Assembly (NCBI GenBank): GCA_046758745.1
Contig: JBHIAV010000003.1
Location: forward strand, 32,001-96,000
DNA: 64,000 bases
Direction: 5' to 3'
Source: Gemmatimonadota bacterium
GTDB lineage: Bacteria > Gemmatimonadota > Gemmatimonadetes > Palauibacterales > Palauibacteraceae
The notes beneath the pieces were generated by a model. It was given only the letters and a program-made list of their open reading frames with translations, was not told the DNA's origin and made no database searches. Each line of letters opens with the position of its first letter. Position 1 is the stretch's first letter. Below are positions 47,628 to 57,974 of this stretch, piece after piece. Both the position numbers and the translations under genes were made by a program.

Positions 47628-48446
47628 TCAGGGCAGCCAGCGTCTGAGGAGCTCGAGCAGGTCGCCCGGATTCTCGAGGTTCACCCAGTGCCCCCCCGGC
47701 ACACGATGGAGATGCAGCGTCCGGGTCCGCTTCGAGCCATCCTCGATGCGGGCGCAGGCCTCTTCCGTCAGCACGTCGGACGCTTCGGCCTTCACCACAT
47801 GGATGGAGACCTCGCCCGGCGGATCGAGGACGATGGACCACACATCGCTTCGGAAGAAGTCCGCGAGGAGCTCGGCCATCGCCTCCACTTCGAAGCGCCA
47901 GGCGTAGGCGGAGTCCCGTGGCTCCAGGTTGGTGGCCATCCACTCCGCCACTGACCGGCCGAAGCCGCGTCCTTCGAGCGCCCGGACGGCTTCGCGACGG
48001 GTCTCGAATGTCGGGGGCAGCTCGCGAAGCGCGGCGAGCATCTCGGCGGCGCTCCCGCGCGGCGGACCCGCGTCGGGCGTCGAGTCCACCACCCAGATCT
48101 GGCGAGGTCGTGGCGGTCCAGCAGCCAGCGCGGCGAGCGCGACCTTACCGCCGAAAGAATGCCCGAGGAGAGCGATCTCCCCGGCACCAAGTCGCGCCGC
48201 TAGCCGCCTCACGTCGGCAGCACAGGCGGCGAGCGTGTGGGGCGGCGCGAAGCCCCGTGAGTCCCCGTGCAGGCGCAGGTCCACCAGCACCGCGCCCCAG
48301 TCGGGACGAGCCTCCACCAGCCTGCGCGCGAACGAGGCCCAATTGCGGCCGGCCCCGAAGATCCCGTGCAGGAAGAGGAGCCATCGCCCCGGCTCCGCCC
48401 CGGCCGAGACCCGAGCGTGGCTCAACAGGGGAGGCACGGATCCCAT
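47628..48446 (-). CDS. alpha/beta fold hydrolase (YbfF/ABHD11-like esterase)
   Basis: FLHGIFGAGRNW, DLRLHGDS, GHSFGGKVA, GHWV. Confidence 0.88.
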   Translation of the reverse strand: MGSVPPLLSHARVSAGAEPGRWLLFLHGIFGAGRNWASFARRLVEARPDWGAVLVDLRLHGDSRGFAPPHTLAACAADVRRLAARLGAGEIALLGHSFGGKVALAALAAGPPRPRQIWVVDSTPDAGPPRGSAAEMLAALRELPPTFETRREAVRALEGRGFGRSVAEWMATNLEPRDSAYAWRFEVEAMAELLADFFRSDVWSIVLDPPGEVSIHVVKAEASDVLTEEACARIEDGSKRTRTLHLHRVPGGHWVNLENPGDLLELLRRWLP

Positions 48447-48515
48447 CGCCTCGCGGAGGGCACGCGCCCGGCGGGACGCCACGAACGGACCGCTGCGCGC
48501 CCGACCTCTCCCTCG

Positions 48516-49490
48516 CTACGCCTGGGCCCGCACCCGGAACGGTCCCATGATGTTCTCGATGCGAAGCAGGGCGTCGTGATCGAGATCGATCTCGGCCGCC
48601 GCGACGTTCTCCTCCACCTGCTTCACGCTCGTCGCACCCACGATGGCGGAGGCAATGCCCGGTTGCCGGAGCGTCCACGCCAGGGCGAGCTGAGCCGTGG
48701 AGAGCCCGAGAGGCCCCGCCACCTCCCGACCGAGCTTCTGTACCGCCTCGAGCACGTCCTCGGCCAGCGACTCGGTCATGAAGGCACTGGCCGCGTCGTC
48801 GGCCCCTCGGCTGCCGGTGGGAGGCGGCCTGCCGGGGAGGTATTTGCCCGTGAGGGCGCCGCCGGCCAGGGGGCTCCACACCACCTGACCAACGCCCTCG
48901 GCGAGGGAGCGAGGGACCACCTCCTCTTCTATGCCGCGAGCGATGAGGGAGTACTGCGGCTGGTTGCTGACGAGCCGGCGAAGGCCGAGGCGCTCCTGGA
49001 TGCGGAGTGCGTCCGTGATCTGGGCTGCGCTCCACTGGCTGACCCCGGCGTACAGGATCTTCCCCTGGGTGATCAGATCGTCCAGCGCTCGCAGCGTCTC
49101 CTCCAGCGGCACGGTCTCGTCGTAGCGGTGGCACTGGTACAGGTCCACGTACTCTAGATCGAGTCGACGGAGGGACGCGTGACACTGCTCCATGATGTGC
49201 TTTCGCGAGAGGCCTCGGTCGTTCGCTCCCTCGCCCACCGGGAAGAAGACCTTTGTCGCGACGACCACGTCCGACCGCGGGATGCGGCGCAGCCAGCGGC
49301 CGAGGGTGTTCTCCGCCTCACCCCGCGCGTACACGTTCGCGGTGTCGAAGAAGTTGACGCCGAGCTCGTAGGCCCTCGTCAGGCAAGCCTCCGCCGTGCC
49401 GTCGGGGACGCTCCGCCCGTAGGTGAGCCACGAGCCAAGGCCGATGACGCTCACCCGTAGCCCCGAGCTGCCAAGTGCGCGGTATCTCAT
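48516..49490 (-). CDS. aldo/keto reductase (Kv-beta-like)
   Basis: GLGSWLTYG, FFDTANVY, GLSRKHI, DLYQCHRYD, WSPLAGG. Confidence 0.94.
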   Translation of the reverse strand: MRYRALGSSGLRVSVIGLGSWLTYGRSVPDGTAEACLTRAYELGVNFFDTANVYARGEAENTLGRWLRRIPRSDVVVATKVFFPVGEGANDRGLSRKHIMEQCHASLRRLDLEYVDLYQCHRYDETVPLEETLRALDDLITQGKILYAGVSQWSAAQITDALRIQERLGLRRLVSNQPQYSLIARGIEEEVVPRSLAEGVGQVVWSPLAGGALTGKYLPGRPPPTGSRGADDAASAFMTESLAEDVLEAVQKLGREVAGPLGLSTAQLALAWTLRQPGIASAIVGATSVKQVEENVAAAEIDLDHDALLRIENIMGPFRVRAQA

Positions 49491-49633
49491 CTACGCCTCT
49501 TCCGCCTCCGGCTCCTCATGTTCGACCCTCCCGCGGTCCGATCGTCGACCTCAACGGTCGGCTTCGTGTGGCTTGCCCGCCGACCGACCCCGGGGTCAGC
49601 TTCTCTTGGATGGGAACCAGGAGCTCGTCCACG

Positions 49634-50854
49634 ATGCCACCGACCGAGGTCTTGGACAACACAGCCCGGGGTGGGCCGGAATGGGCGCGGTCTCCTTTCC
49701 GACCGCCGTGGTGGCTCTCCGGGCCGCATCTCCAGACCTTGGCCGGTCGGCGGCTCCGGCCACGCTCCGGAGTCCACTACCGCCGCGAGCGCATCGAAAC
49801 GCCGGACGGCGATTTTCTCGATCTCGATTTCGCGTCGGGGGGAGACGGGAGGAGCGGGGGCGGGCCTTCGCCCTTCGTCCTGCTCCTTCACGGCCTCGAG
49901 GGCAGCTCATCCTCGGGGTACATGCTGGAGAGCTGCCGGCTCCTCGCCGGGCGGGGGCTTCGTCCGATCGCGCTCAACTTCCGCTCGCGGAGCGGAGAAC
50001 CGAATCTCACCCGCCGATTCTATCATTCGGGAGAGACGGGGGACCTCGACCACGCGATCGGCGTTCTGGCTAATCGCCTGCCGGACGCCGAGTTCGGCAT
50101 CCTCGGCTACTCGCTGGGGGGCAACGTCCTGCTCAAGTACCTCGGTGAGCGCGGCGAGGAGACGCACCCGCGACTGCGGGCAGCGTGCGCCGTATCTGTG
50201 CCGTTCGATCTGGCGGCGAGCGCGCGCCATCTCCAGCGGGGCCTCGGCCGCCTGTACAGCCGGTTGTTCCTCCGATCGCTGCGCCGGAATATCCGGGCGA
50301 AAGCCGCTCTCTTCCCGGGCGCCTACGATCTGCAGGCGGCCGCGCGGGCCCGTACCCTCTGGGAGTTCGATGACGCCGTCACCGCCCCGGTGCACGGCTT
50401 CGTGGATGCAGCGGACTACTATTCCCGCTCGAGCTCGGCCGCGTACCTGACCAGGATCCGGGTGCCCACACTTCTCCTTCAGGCGGCCGACGACCCGTTC
50501 GTCCCCCGCGACTCGCTCCCCGTGGCCTCGATGCGGGCAAACCCGTGGCTCTCCGCCGCTCTCACCCGGCGCGGAGGTCACCTCGGATTCGTGACTCGCG
50601 ATCGAGCTGGGCGATGGGTCTTTTGGGCGGAGCGCGAGGCGGCCCGGTTTCTGGCAAGCCATCTGACGCCCTCCGCCCGATGCTTCGGCGTGGGCAAGAG
50701 CCGGGGAGACGGGACGGCGCCGCCGGCGGGGGAGAGGAGGCCCCGCCCGTCATCGCCGGAACGGTCCGGCACCCACCACGTCCCGCCACCCACGGGATCT
50801 CGAAGGTACCAAGCGGAACTAAGCACGGGGTCGCGGGCGGACCGCACGCCGTGA
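49634..50854 (+). CDS. YheT family alpha/beta hydrolase
   Basis: PHLQT, TPDGDFLDLD, LHGLEGSS, GYSLGGN, AADDPF, GGHLGF. Confidence 0.9.
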   Translation: MPPTEVLDNTARGGPEWARSPFRPPWWLSGPHLQTLAGRRLRPRSGVHYRRERIETPDGDFLDLDFASGGDGRSGGGPSPFVLLLHGLEGSSSSGYMLESCRLLAGRGLRPIALNFRSRSGEPNLTRRFYHSGETGDLDHAIGVLANRLPDAEFGILGYSLGGNVLLKYLGERGEETHPRLRAACAVSVPFDLAASARHLQRGLGRLYSRLFLRSLRRNIRAKAALFPGAYDLQAAARARTLWEFDDAVTAPVHGFVDAADYYSRSSSAAYLTRIRVPTLLLQAADDPFVPRDSLPVASMRANPWLSAALTRRGGHLGFVTRDRAGRWVFWAEREAARFLASHLTPSARCFGVGKSRGDGTAPPAGERRPRPSSPERSGTHHVPPPTGSRRYQAELSTGSRADRTP

Positions 50855-52020
50855 GCGCCTCCATCCTCCAGCCGGTGCTCTGGCTCGCCGTCCTCGCGGC
50901 GGTGGCGGCGTGCCCGCGGGCCGCCACCCAGGAGACCCGGGAGCCGGCGCGGATGAGCGGCGTGCGCCTCGTCGAGGTGGCGAGCGGCCTGGCGAGCCCG
51001 GTACATCTCGCATCACCCCCGGGAGATGCGCGTCTCTTCGTGGTCGAACAGGACGGACGGATCCGAATCGTCCGCGACGGCGTCGTTCTCCCGCGGCCCT
51101 TCCTCGATCTGAGCGACCGCGTGCGGAGCGGGGGTGAGCGCGGGCTCCTCAGCATCGCCTTCCACCCCTCCTTCGCGACCAACGGATCGTTCTTCGTGAA
51201 CTACACGGACGCGGCCGGTGACACGCGGATCGAGCGCTATCGGGTGTCGACCGATCCAGATGTGGCGGACCCCTCCTCCGCACGACTCATCCTGCGGGTC
51301 GAACAGCCGTTCGCGAACCACAACGGGGGGCACATCTTCTTCGGACCGGACGGGCTGCTGTATGTCGGGACGGGAGACGGGGGCGGCGCGGGAGATCCGC
51401 GCGGGCACGGTCAGAATCGAAACACCCTGCTGGGCGCGATGCTTCGCCTGGACGTGGACAGGGGCGATCCCTACGCGGTGCCGCAGGACAACCCGTTCGT
51501 GTCGGATCCCTCCGGCCGCGACGAGATCTGGGCGTGGGGTCTCCGGAACCCGTGGCGCTCCGCGTTCGACCGAGAGACGGGACTGCTGTACGTGGCGGAC
51601 GTCGGACAGAACCGGTGGGAGGAGATCTCGGTCGTCCCGGCGTTGGCCGCCGGACTCAACTTCGGTTGGAACCGGGTGGAGGGGAGCCACTGTTTCACCG
51701 TCCCGCGATGCTCGCGGGAGGAGCTCATCCTCCCGGTGCTCGAGTACGGGCACGCGGAAGGTTGCTCGGTGACGGGGGGTCTGGTCTACCGGGGACGGCT
51801 GGCACGGCGGGTCGTCGGCCACTACTTCTTCTCCGACTTCTGCGCGGGGTGGCTGAGGAGCTTCCGGTACGAGGAGGGACGCGCCCGAGACTACCGGGAG
51901 TGGGACGTCGGCCGGATCGGGTCGGTGACATCGTTCGGTGAGGATGGGGCGGGCGAGCTGCACATCCTCACGGCCGAGGGGAGAGTGGTGCGGCTGGAGA
52001 GCCAGGAGGGGCCGGAATGA
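50851..52020 (+). CDS. PQQ-dependent sugar (glucose/sorbosone) dehydrogenase family lipoprotein
   Basis: Lipobox-like VAAC; GERGLLSIAFHP, NHNGG..FGPDG, WAWGLRNPWR, DVGQNRWEE. Confidence 0.9.
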   Translation: MSASILQPVLWLAVLAAVAACPRAATQETREPARMSGVRLVEVASGLASPVHLASPPGDARLFVVEQDGRIRIVRDGVVLPRPFLDLSDRVRSGGERGLLSIAFHPSFATNGSFFVNYTDAAGDTRIERYRVSTDPDVADPSSARLILRVEQPFANHNGGHIFFGPDGLLYVGTGDGGGAGDPRGHGQNRNTLLGAMLRLDVDRGDPYAVPQDNPFVSDPSGRDEIWAWGLRNPWRSAFDRETGLLYVADVGQNRWEEISVVPALAAGLNFGWNRVEGSHCFTVPRCSREELILPVLEYGHAEGCSVTGGLVYRGRLARRVVGHYFFSDFCAGWLRSFRYEEGRARDYREWDVGRIGSVTSFGEDGAGELHILTAEGRVVRLESQEGPE

Positions 52021-52472
52021 TCGGAAAGACGGAGGCGGCGCCTCGCAAGGTTACGCTTCGATGTCCGTTCTGCCTGAAGTGGAATCGGATCGACCTGAGC
52101 CGCTCTGCCGACCGTCCCAAGTGCGGCGAGTGCGGGCGGCCTTTCTTGCTCGACCGGCCCGTCAAGGTCACCGACGACGATCTGGAGCGCCTCGTGGAGG
52201 ACGCAGAGGTGCCGGTGGTCGTCGACTTCTACGCGGATTGGTGCGCGCCGTGCAAGGTGATGGCGCCTCTCCTTGACGAGTTTGCCCGCCGGTACCTCGG
52301 AGAGGTACTGGTCGCAAAGCTGGACACGGATCGGAACCCGCGCATGTCGGGGCGTTATCAGGTGCGGGGGATTCCGACGCTCATCCTCTTCCGGGACGGC
52401 AGCGAGGTGACGCGAGAGGTCGGCGCGGTGCCGGTGGAGCGGATCGAGGCGCTCCTCGACCGGAAGGGCTAG
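52017..52472 (+). CDS. trxC: thioredoxin 2 with N-terminal zinc finger
   Basis: CPFC...CGEC, VDFYADWCAPCK, RGIPTL. Confidence 0.9.
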   Translation: MIGKTEAAPRKVTLRCPFCLKWNRIDLSRSADRPKCGECGRPFLLDRPVKVTDDDLERLVEDAEVPVVVDFYADWCAPCKVMAPLLDEFARRYLGEVLVAKLDTDRNPRMSGRYQVRGIPTLILFRDGSEVTREVGAVPVERIEALLDRKG

Positions 52473-52768
52473 GCGGGGCGCCCGGTCGATGTCTCCGGCG
52501 CCGGCTGGCCTGGGGCCGCCTCGACCCTGACCGCCGGCAGCCGGGCTCCGCCGATCGGCTCCGGATCCGGTTCCAGACGACACCGGCGGCTCGCCGCCAC
52601 CGAGAAGACGCCGGCGCTCACCGGCGTCCCATCCCGGATTGCCCACAGCCGGTACACCAGGCATTCACGCCCGCCGGGTCGGCTCGGGTCAAAGCGCAAG
52701 GCGCTCTGCCAGAGCTTCAGGTAGACCTCCCGCACCACCTCCTCCGCCACGCTTCGACCGTCCACCAC
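52469..52768 (-). pseudogene. fused remnant of an ECF sigma factor and an RskA-type anti-sigma factor
   Basis: AEEVVREVYLKLWQSALRFDPSR (sigma-70 region 2) joined to YRLWAIRDGTPVSAGVF..AVRVE..G.PAP (RskA C-terminus). Confidence 0.68.
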
Positions 52769-52838
52769 CCGGAGCCTCGTTTAACGCTTCGCGGTCGGGC
52801 ATCGTCGCGGAAACAGGAGGAGAGGGGGTGAGTCAGCG

Positions 52839-54512
52839 ATGATGTCCATGGCGCTTCCGGTGCTTTCCTGGGCGGTCCTGGCGACCATCGCATCCGCCTC
52901 ACCTCAGGGCGAACCGGAACCCGTCGCCCGGCCGACCGAGCGGCAGGCGGACGCGATTCCCGACCCTCCCATCGACACCGCGGCCGCCATCCACCTGCTC
53001 GAGCGGGCGACCTTCGGTGTGCGGCCGGCCGACATCGGGGAGATCCTCGATCGGGGGATCGAGGGGTGGCTCGAGCGGCAGCTCCACCCGGAACGAATTC
53101 CCGACGAGGGGCTGGAGGAGCGGCTGCGCGCCTTCCCGGCCGCGACCCTGAGGGCGAGTGAGCTGTACGAAGCCTATCCGCCGCCCGCGGTCCTGCGCGC
53201 ACGTTTCGGAAATCCGGACTCCCTGAGCCGGGAGATGCGGCGCGAGCTTCGCCGACGCATTCCGCACCGGATCGTCGCGGAGCTGGCCGGTGCCAAGCTT
53301 CAGCGCGCGGTGTATTCCGAGCGACAGCTCGAGGAAGTCCTGGTCGACTTCTGGTTCAACCACTTCAACGTCTTCTTCGGCAAGGGGGCGGACCGCTGGC
53401 TGGTCGGCGACTTCGAACGGGAGGCGATTCGTCGGCACGTGCTCGGGCGCTTCGCCGACATGCTCGAGGCCACCGCCTCCCACCCGGCGATGCTCTTCTA
53501 TCTGGACAACTGGCGAAGCTCTCTCCCGGACTCCCTGAACCCGGCTGTCCGGCTCGAAAGGGCCGGGCGCCGGCCGAGGAGCCGGCAGCGCGGTCTCAAC
53601 GAGAACTACGCGCGAGAGCTTCTCGAGCTGCACACGCTCGGGGTGGACGGCGGCTATACCCAGGCGGACGTCATCGAGGTGGCGCGCGCCTTCACGGGCT
53701 GGACGATCGCGCACCCGCGGAGTCGGATGGGGAGAGACGGGATGGGCGTCGAGTTCCGCTTTCGTTCCGAGATGCACGATCCCGGCGACAAGGTCGTGCT
53801 CGGTCGCCTCGTCAGGGGGAACCGGGGGATGGAGGAGGGGCGGGAGATCCTCCGGAGGCTGGCCGAGCACCCGTCAACGGCGCGGCACCTGGCGACGAAG
53901 CTGGTGGAGCGCTTCGTGGCGGACGACCCGCCCCCCGGGCTGGTGAACGAGATCGCCTCGGTTTACCTGACGACGGGTGGCGACCTCCGGGAGGTGACGC
54001 GGGCGCTCCTCACCTCCGAGCGCTTCTTCGACCCCGCGTACCGGGGTGCCAAGCTTCGCTCTCCCTTCGAGCTCGTTGCGGCCGCCCTACGAATCACAGG
54101 ATCCGAGGTCGGCCCGTCGCGTGACGTTCTCGACCGTCTCCGCTCGTTCGGACACCTCCCCTACCTGAGCGACGTGCCCACGGGATATCCGGAGGCGAGC
54201 GAGGAGTGGGTGAGCAGCGGGGCGATGTTGCAGCGGATGAACTTCGCACTCGCCCTGTCCGCGGGAGAGCTGGACGGTGTGCGGCTCGGCGACGGCTACC
54301 TGACGCCGCGGCCGCGAGGGTGGAGCGGTGGGGAGGAGGAGCGGGAAGCCGCCGTGGGAGCGCTCCTCGCGGCGCTCCTCCCGGGCCGCGACACGGAGCG
54401 TCTGGCGGCGGTGATCCTCGACGACCTCGAGGCGTCGGAGGCCGTGGGCCGCGCAGTCGCGCGACGGGCGTTGGGTCTGGCGCTCGGGTCTCCGGACTTT
54501 CAGCGACACTGA
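52839..54512 (+). CDS. DUF1800 family exported protein
   Basis: HLLERATFG, DFWFNHFNV, PAMLFYLDN, NENYARELLELHTLG, ARAFTGW, SPDFQR. Confidence 0.92.
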   Translation: MMSMALPVLSWAVLATIASASPQGEPEPVARPTERQADAIPDPPIDTAAAIHLLERATFGVRPADIGEILDRGIEGWLERQLHPERIPDEGLEERLRAFPAATLRASELYEAYPPPAVLRARFGNPDSLSREMRRELRRRIPHRIVAELAGAKLQRAVYSERQLEEVLVDFWFNHFNVFFGKGADRWLVGDFEREAIRRHVLGRFADMLEATASHPAMLFYLDNWRSSLPDSLNPAVRLERAGRRPRSRQRGLNENYARELLELHTLGVDGGYTQADVIEVARAFTGWTIAHPRSRMGRDGMGVEFRFRSEMHDPGDKVVLGRLVRGNRGMEEGREILRRLAEHPSTARHLATKLVERFVADDPPPGLVNEIASVYLTTGGDLREVTRALLTSERFFDPAYRGAKLRSPFELVAAALRITGSEVGPSRDVLDRLRSFGHLPYLSDVPTGYPEASEEWVSSGAMLQRMNFALALSAGELDGVRLGDGYLTPRPRGWSGGEEEREAAVGALLAALLPGRDTERLAAVILDDLEASEAVGRAVARRALGLALGSPDFQRH

Positions 54513-54550
54513 AGCCGCGGGCCGGCGGGCCCGGATGGGGGAGGTGAGCC

Positions 54551-55882
54551 ATGCATAGGATCAGAAGGCGGGTCTTCGTAAGGGACGGGGCGCTGGCGCT
54601 GCTCGCGCTCGGCCTGGCACCGCGCTTCATCGCCCGGTCGTTGCTCGCGAAGACGAACGGGGCGGCCCGAAGAAAGACGCTCGTGTGCATCTTCCAGCGC
54701 GGAGCGGTGGACGGGCTGAACATGGTCGTGCCCTTCGGCGAGCCGGCGTACTACAGGAGCCGCCGGTCGATCGCGATCGCGGCGCCGCGGCAGGGCGCGG
54801 AAGGGGCGGCGCTCGACCTCGACGGCTTTTTCGGCCTCCACCCCGCTCTGGCACCGTTGCATGATCTCTTCATGAGCGGCGAGCTGGCGGCCGTCCACGC
54901 GGTCGGATCGCCACACCCGACACGCTCCCACTTCGACGCGCAGGACTTCATGGAGTCTGCCACCCCCGGGGTGAAGTCGACCCGGACCGGGTGGCTCAAC
55001 CGGCTGCTCGCCGAGACGGCGTGCATGGAATGCCGCGGCCGGACTCTCGCGGATCCGGCGGCGCACGCGGCCGACCACGCCGCTGGCCAGGTCGAGGTGG
55101 CGGGAGAATCCCCCCTGCGCGGCGTGGCCGTGGGCGGGGAGCTGCCGCGCTCGCTACGGGGCGCCTACCCGGCCATCGCCATCCCCGACCTCGAGCGCTT
55201 CGGGATTGCCGGCCGGCGCGACCGCTCCCTCGAGGCGACCTTCGCCCGGCTGTACGGGAGCTCGGAGGACCCCGTCCTGGCGGACGCTGCCGAGGGGTCC
55301 TTCGAGGCGATCGAGATCCTGCGCCGGGTCGATGCCGGACGGTACGCGCCGCGCGCCGGGGCCGAGTACCCACGGGGCCGGTTCGGGCGCTCCCTTCGCC
55401 AGATCGCCCAGCTCATCAAGGCCGACGTGGGGCTCGAGGTGGCGTTCGCCGACGTAGGCGGATGGGACACTCATGTGGCCCAGGGCGCCGCCGAGGGGCA
55501 GCTCTCCGGCAGGCTGGGCGAGCTGGGGCGTGGCCTTCGCGCCTTCCACCACGACCTCGGGGACCGCATGGAGGACGTGGTCGTGCTCACGATGTCCGAG
55601 TTCGGTCGCACGGTGGCCGAGAACGGATCGGGCGGCACGGACCACGGCCACGCCAACTGCATGCTCGTGCTGGGTGGCAGCGTCGCGGGCGGGGCAGTCT
55701 ACGGAGACTGGCCGGGGCTGGAGCGGGAGCAGCTGTACGAGCGGCGCGACCTCGCGATCACCACCGATTTCCGTGACCTGTTCGCCGAGGTCGTCTCGGA
55801 ACATCTGGGTGCGGAGCGGCTCGACATGGTGTTCCCCGGCTACGACTTGGACCCGGTGCGCTACCGGCGGCTCTTCGCGTAA
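54551..55882 (+). CDS. DUF1501 family protein (Tat-like signal)
   Basis: RRRVF, FQRGAVDGLN, RSHFDAQD, GGWDTH, SEFGRT..NG..GTDHG. Confidence 0.92.
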   Translation: MHRIRRRVFVRDGALALLALGLAPRFIARSLLAKTNGAARRKTLVCIFQRGAVDGLNMVVPFGEPAYYRSRRSIAIAAPRQGAEGAALDLDGFFGLHPALAPLHDLFMSGELAAVHAVGSPHPTRSHFDAQDFMESATPGVKSTRTGWLNRLLAETACMECRGRTLADPAAHAADHAAGQVEVAGESPLRGVAVGGELPRSLRGAYPAIAIPDLERFGIAGRRDRSLEATFARLYGSSEDPVLADAAEGSFEAIEILRRVDAGRYAPRAGAEYPRGRFGRSLRQIAQLIKADVGLEVAFADVGGWDTHVAQGAAEGQLSGRLGELGRGLRAFHHDLGDRMEDVVVLTMSEFGRTVAENGSGGTDHGHANCMLVLGGSVAGGAVYGDWPGLEREQLYERRDLAITTDFRDLFAEVVSEHLGAERLDMVFPGYDLDPVRYRRLFA

Positions 55883-55890
55883 GCCGGCTC

Positions 55891-55972
55891 GCGGGGGGCG
55901 GATTGCGGGGGCGCATTGCGGGGGTGCATTGCGGGGGTGCATTGCGGGGGCGGATTCCGGGGGCGGGTTGCG
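55891..55972 (+). repeat. 13-bp G-rich tandem repeat (about 6 copies) between convergent genes
   Basis: Consensus GCGGGGG(C/T)GCATT, six G5-6 runs. Confidence 0.9.
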
Positions 55973-56042
55973 CGCCCGCGGTCCGGCGTGCGGAACCGTT
56001 GGGAGAGCGGCCGCCTCTCCCGCCCCGCGGTGCCGGAGCCGG

Positions 56043-57974
56043 CTACGCCGACGGCTCCGCGCCCTCGGCGCTCACCGCACGCCGGCGGATGCGCTGCGCC
56101 TTGCCCGGCGTGACCATGTCCCGCACGATGACCTCGCGGACGATGCCGGCGACAAACGCATAGCCGCGCGGCTCCGCGACGAGCCAGCGGCTCCACTCGA
56201 GCTCGTCGAGTCCCTCCTCCAGCTCCTCTTCCGAGAGGCCGGTGCCGCGCCGGAGAGCCTCCCCCGGCACCCGGTCGCCCAGCACGGCCGCGGCCGCCAG
56301 GAGCTCCTGGGCGGCCCGGCCGAGTCGACGAAAGCCGATTCGGAGCGCCGCCACCACCAGGTCCGGAAGCTCGCCGGGCAGCGTCTGGTCCAAAGTGTGG
56401 TAGGGGACCGGCCATGCCTCCGCGTCGCCCCGAAGCTCGAGGCCGAGCGCCACGGCATGCAGCAGCTCGACCGCCAGGAGCGGCAGGCCGGCCGAGTCGG
56501 CCGTCACCCGGCGGACTAGGCGCTCCAGCTCCTCCTCCCCGTACGCCGGAAGCGCCCATCGGGCCAGAGCGCGGAGCGCTTCGGGCGGCAGGGGCGACAG
56601 GCGGACGGCCGTGCCCGGTACATCGCGTCCGACACGCGCGCGGAGCTCCTCCAGCTCCTCTCGGGACGGAACGGGCGCCGCCGACAGCACCAGGAAGAGC
56701 GGCGCGTCCCGCACATCGCGCAGCGTCGCGAGGAGGGCGCGGAGGGAATCGCCATCCAGACAGTGGGCATCATCGACCAGAAGGAGGACCGGTTGCTCCT
56801 CGGCCGCGGCCCGGAGAATCTCGCTGAGGGCCCGCCCGAGGTGGAGAGGCTCCGCGTCGCCGATCTCCGAGGCGAAGCGCACCCGCCACTCGGGGGCGTG
56901 CGCCCCGAACGCCGCGAGGGCGCCCGGAGCGGCGACGACGATGCCCGGTGCCTCGATGAGGCCGCCGCGGGCCAGGGTGAGCACGCCGCTCCACGCCTCC
57001 TCCACGTCGGCGGGCACCGCACGGATCGCGGTGACGGAGGCCCCGTCCAGACGACAGCGGGCCGCCACCTCCTCCGCGAGCCGCGTCTTTCCCGTTCCCG
57101 GATCCCCGCCGATGATCACCGCGGCCGCCTTCCCCTCGTCGCGACACCCCGACCATGCGCCGAGGAGCGATTCGAGCTCCCGCTCCCGTCCCACGAGCGG
57201 CACGCGACGGGAGAAGGCGATCCTGGGTGCCGCCCCTTCGTCGACCGGCGCGAGCTTCCATCCGCGCTCCCTCCGCACCCGGTCCGCCAGCAGGCGCGTC
57301 TCCGGTTCCGGCTCGGCCCGCAGCTCGTCTCCGAGCCGCGCGGCGAAATCCTCGAAGTGCCGCAGCGCGCCGCTCCGGTCGCCGTTCAGCGCGTGGCATC
57401 GCATGAGCGCGCGCACTGCGGCCCCGGAGAGGGAATCGAGCGAAAGAGCTCGCTCCGCCAACCCGATCGCCGCGCTCGGGTCCCCTCGCGCTACGAGCTG
57501 CTCGGCGCGGCGAACCAGGCAGTCCACGCAGCGCCGGGTCCACGCCGCTCGCTCCGCGGCCAGCCAGTCCTCGACCCCCGACGCGTCTGGCACCCCGAAC
57601 CCCTCCAGGAAGGCGCCCGTTACGAGACCGGAAGCTCCATCCCAATCCTCGTCCACCACGCGCTCCTCGAAGAGATCGGCATCCAGCCGCACGGCGCCCT
57701 CGGCGAGCCGAACCTGCTGCCCGTCCGTCTCCAGCGTCCCTTCGCCCCCGTGCCGCCTGAGGACACGGAGTGCCTCGTTCAGCGAGTGGCGGGCGGCGGA
57801 CTCGGGCTTGTCCCCCCACAGGAGGCCGACCAGGTGCTCTCGGCTCCGCCTGCGGCGCGGAGAGCGCGCGAGGTACACGAGGAGAGCCAGGTTCTTCCGC
57901 CACAGCAGCTCCGCGGGCGCCGGCTCGCCGTTCACCCGCACCTCCGGAGGCCCGAGGACCCGGCATTCGATCAT
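56043..57974 (-). CDS. SARP-like transcriptional regulator: winged HTH + BTAD + AAA ATPase
   Basis: [37 protein letters not shown], Walker A GDPGTGKT, Walker [13 protein letters not shown] overlap with the kinase stop. Confidence 0.88.
   Translation of the reverse strand: MIECRVLGPPEVRVNGEPAPAELLWRKNLALLVYLARSPRRRRSREHLVGLLWGDKPESAARHSLNEALRVLRRHGGEGTLETDGQQVRLAEGAVRLDADLFEERVVDEDWDGASGLVTGAFLEGFGVPDASGVEDWLAAERAAWTRRCVDCLVRRAEQLVARGDPSAAIGLAERALSLDSLSGAAVRALMRCHALNGDRSGALRHFEDFAARLGDELRAEPEPETRLLADRVRRERGWKLAPVDEGAAPRIAFSRRVPLVGRERELESLLGAWSGCRDEGKAAAVIIGGDPGTGKTRLAEEVAARCRLDGASVTAIRAVPADVEEAWSGVLTLARGGLIEAPGIVVAAPGALAAFGAHAPEWRVRFASEIGDAEPLHLGRALSEILRAAAEEQPVLLLVDDAHCLDGDSLRALLATLRDVRDAPLFLVLSAAPVPSREELEELRARVGRDVPGTAVRLSPLPPEALRALARWALPAYGEEELERLVRRVTADSAGLPLLAVELLHAVALGLELRGDAEAWPVPYHTLDQTLPGELPDLVVAALRIGFRRLGRAAQELLAAAAVLGDRVPGEALRRGTGLSEEELEEGLDELEWSRWLVAEPRGYAFVAGIVREVIVRDMVTPGKAQRIRRRAVSAEGAEPSA

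Noticed and set aside
55891-55972. Possible CRISPR array (also considered 29695-29754 and 37610-37683)
   Set aside because: Units are head-to-tail with no unique spacers, and no cas genes are present.
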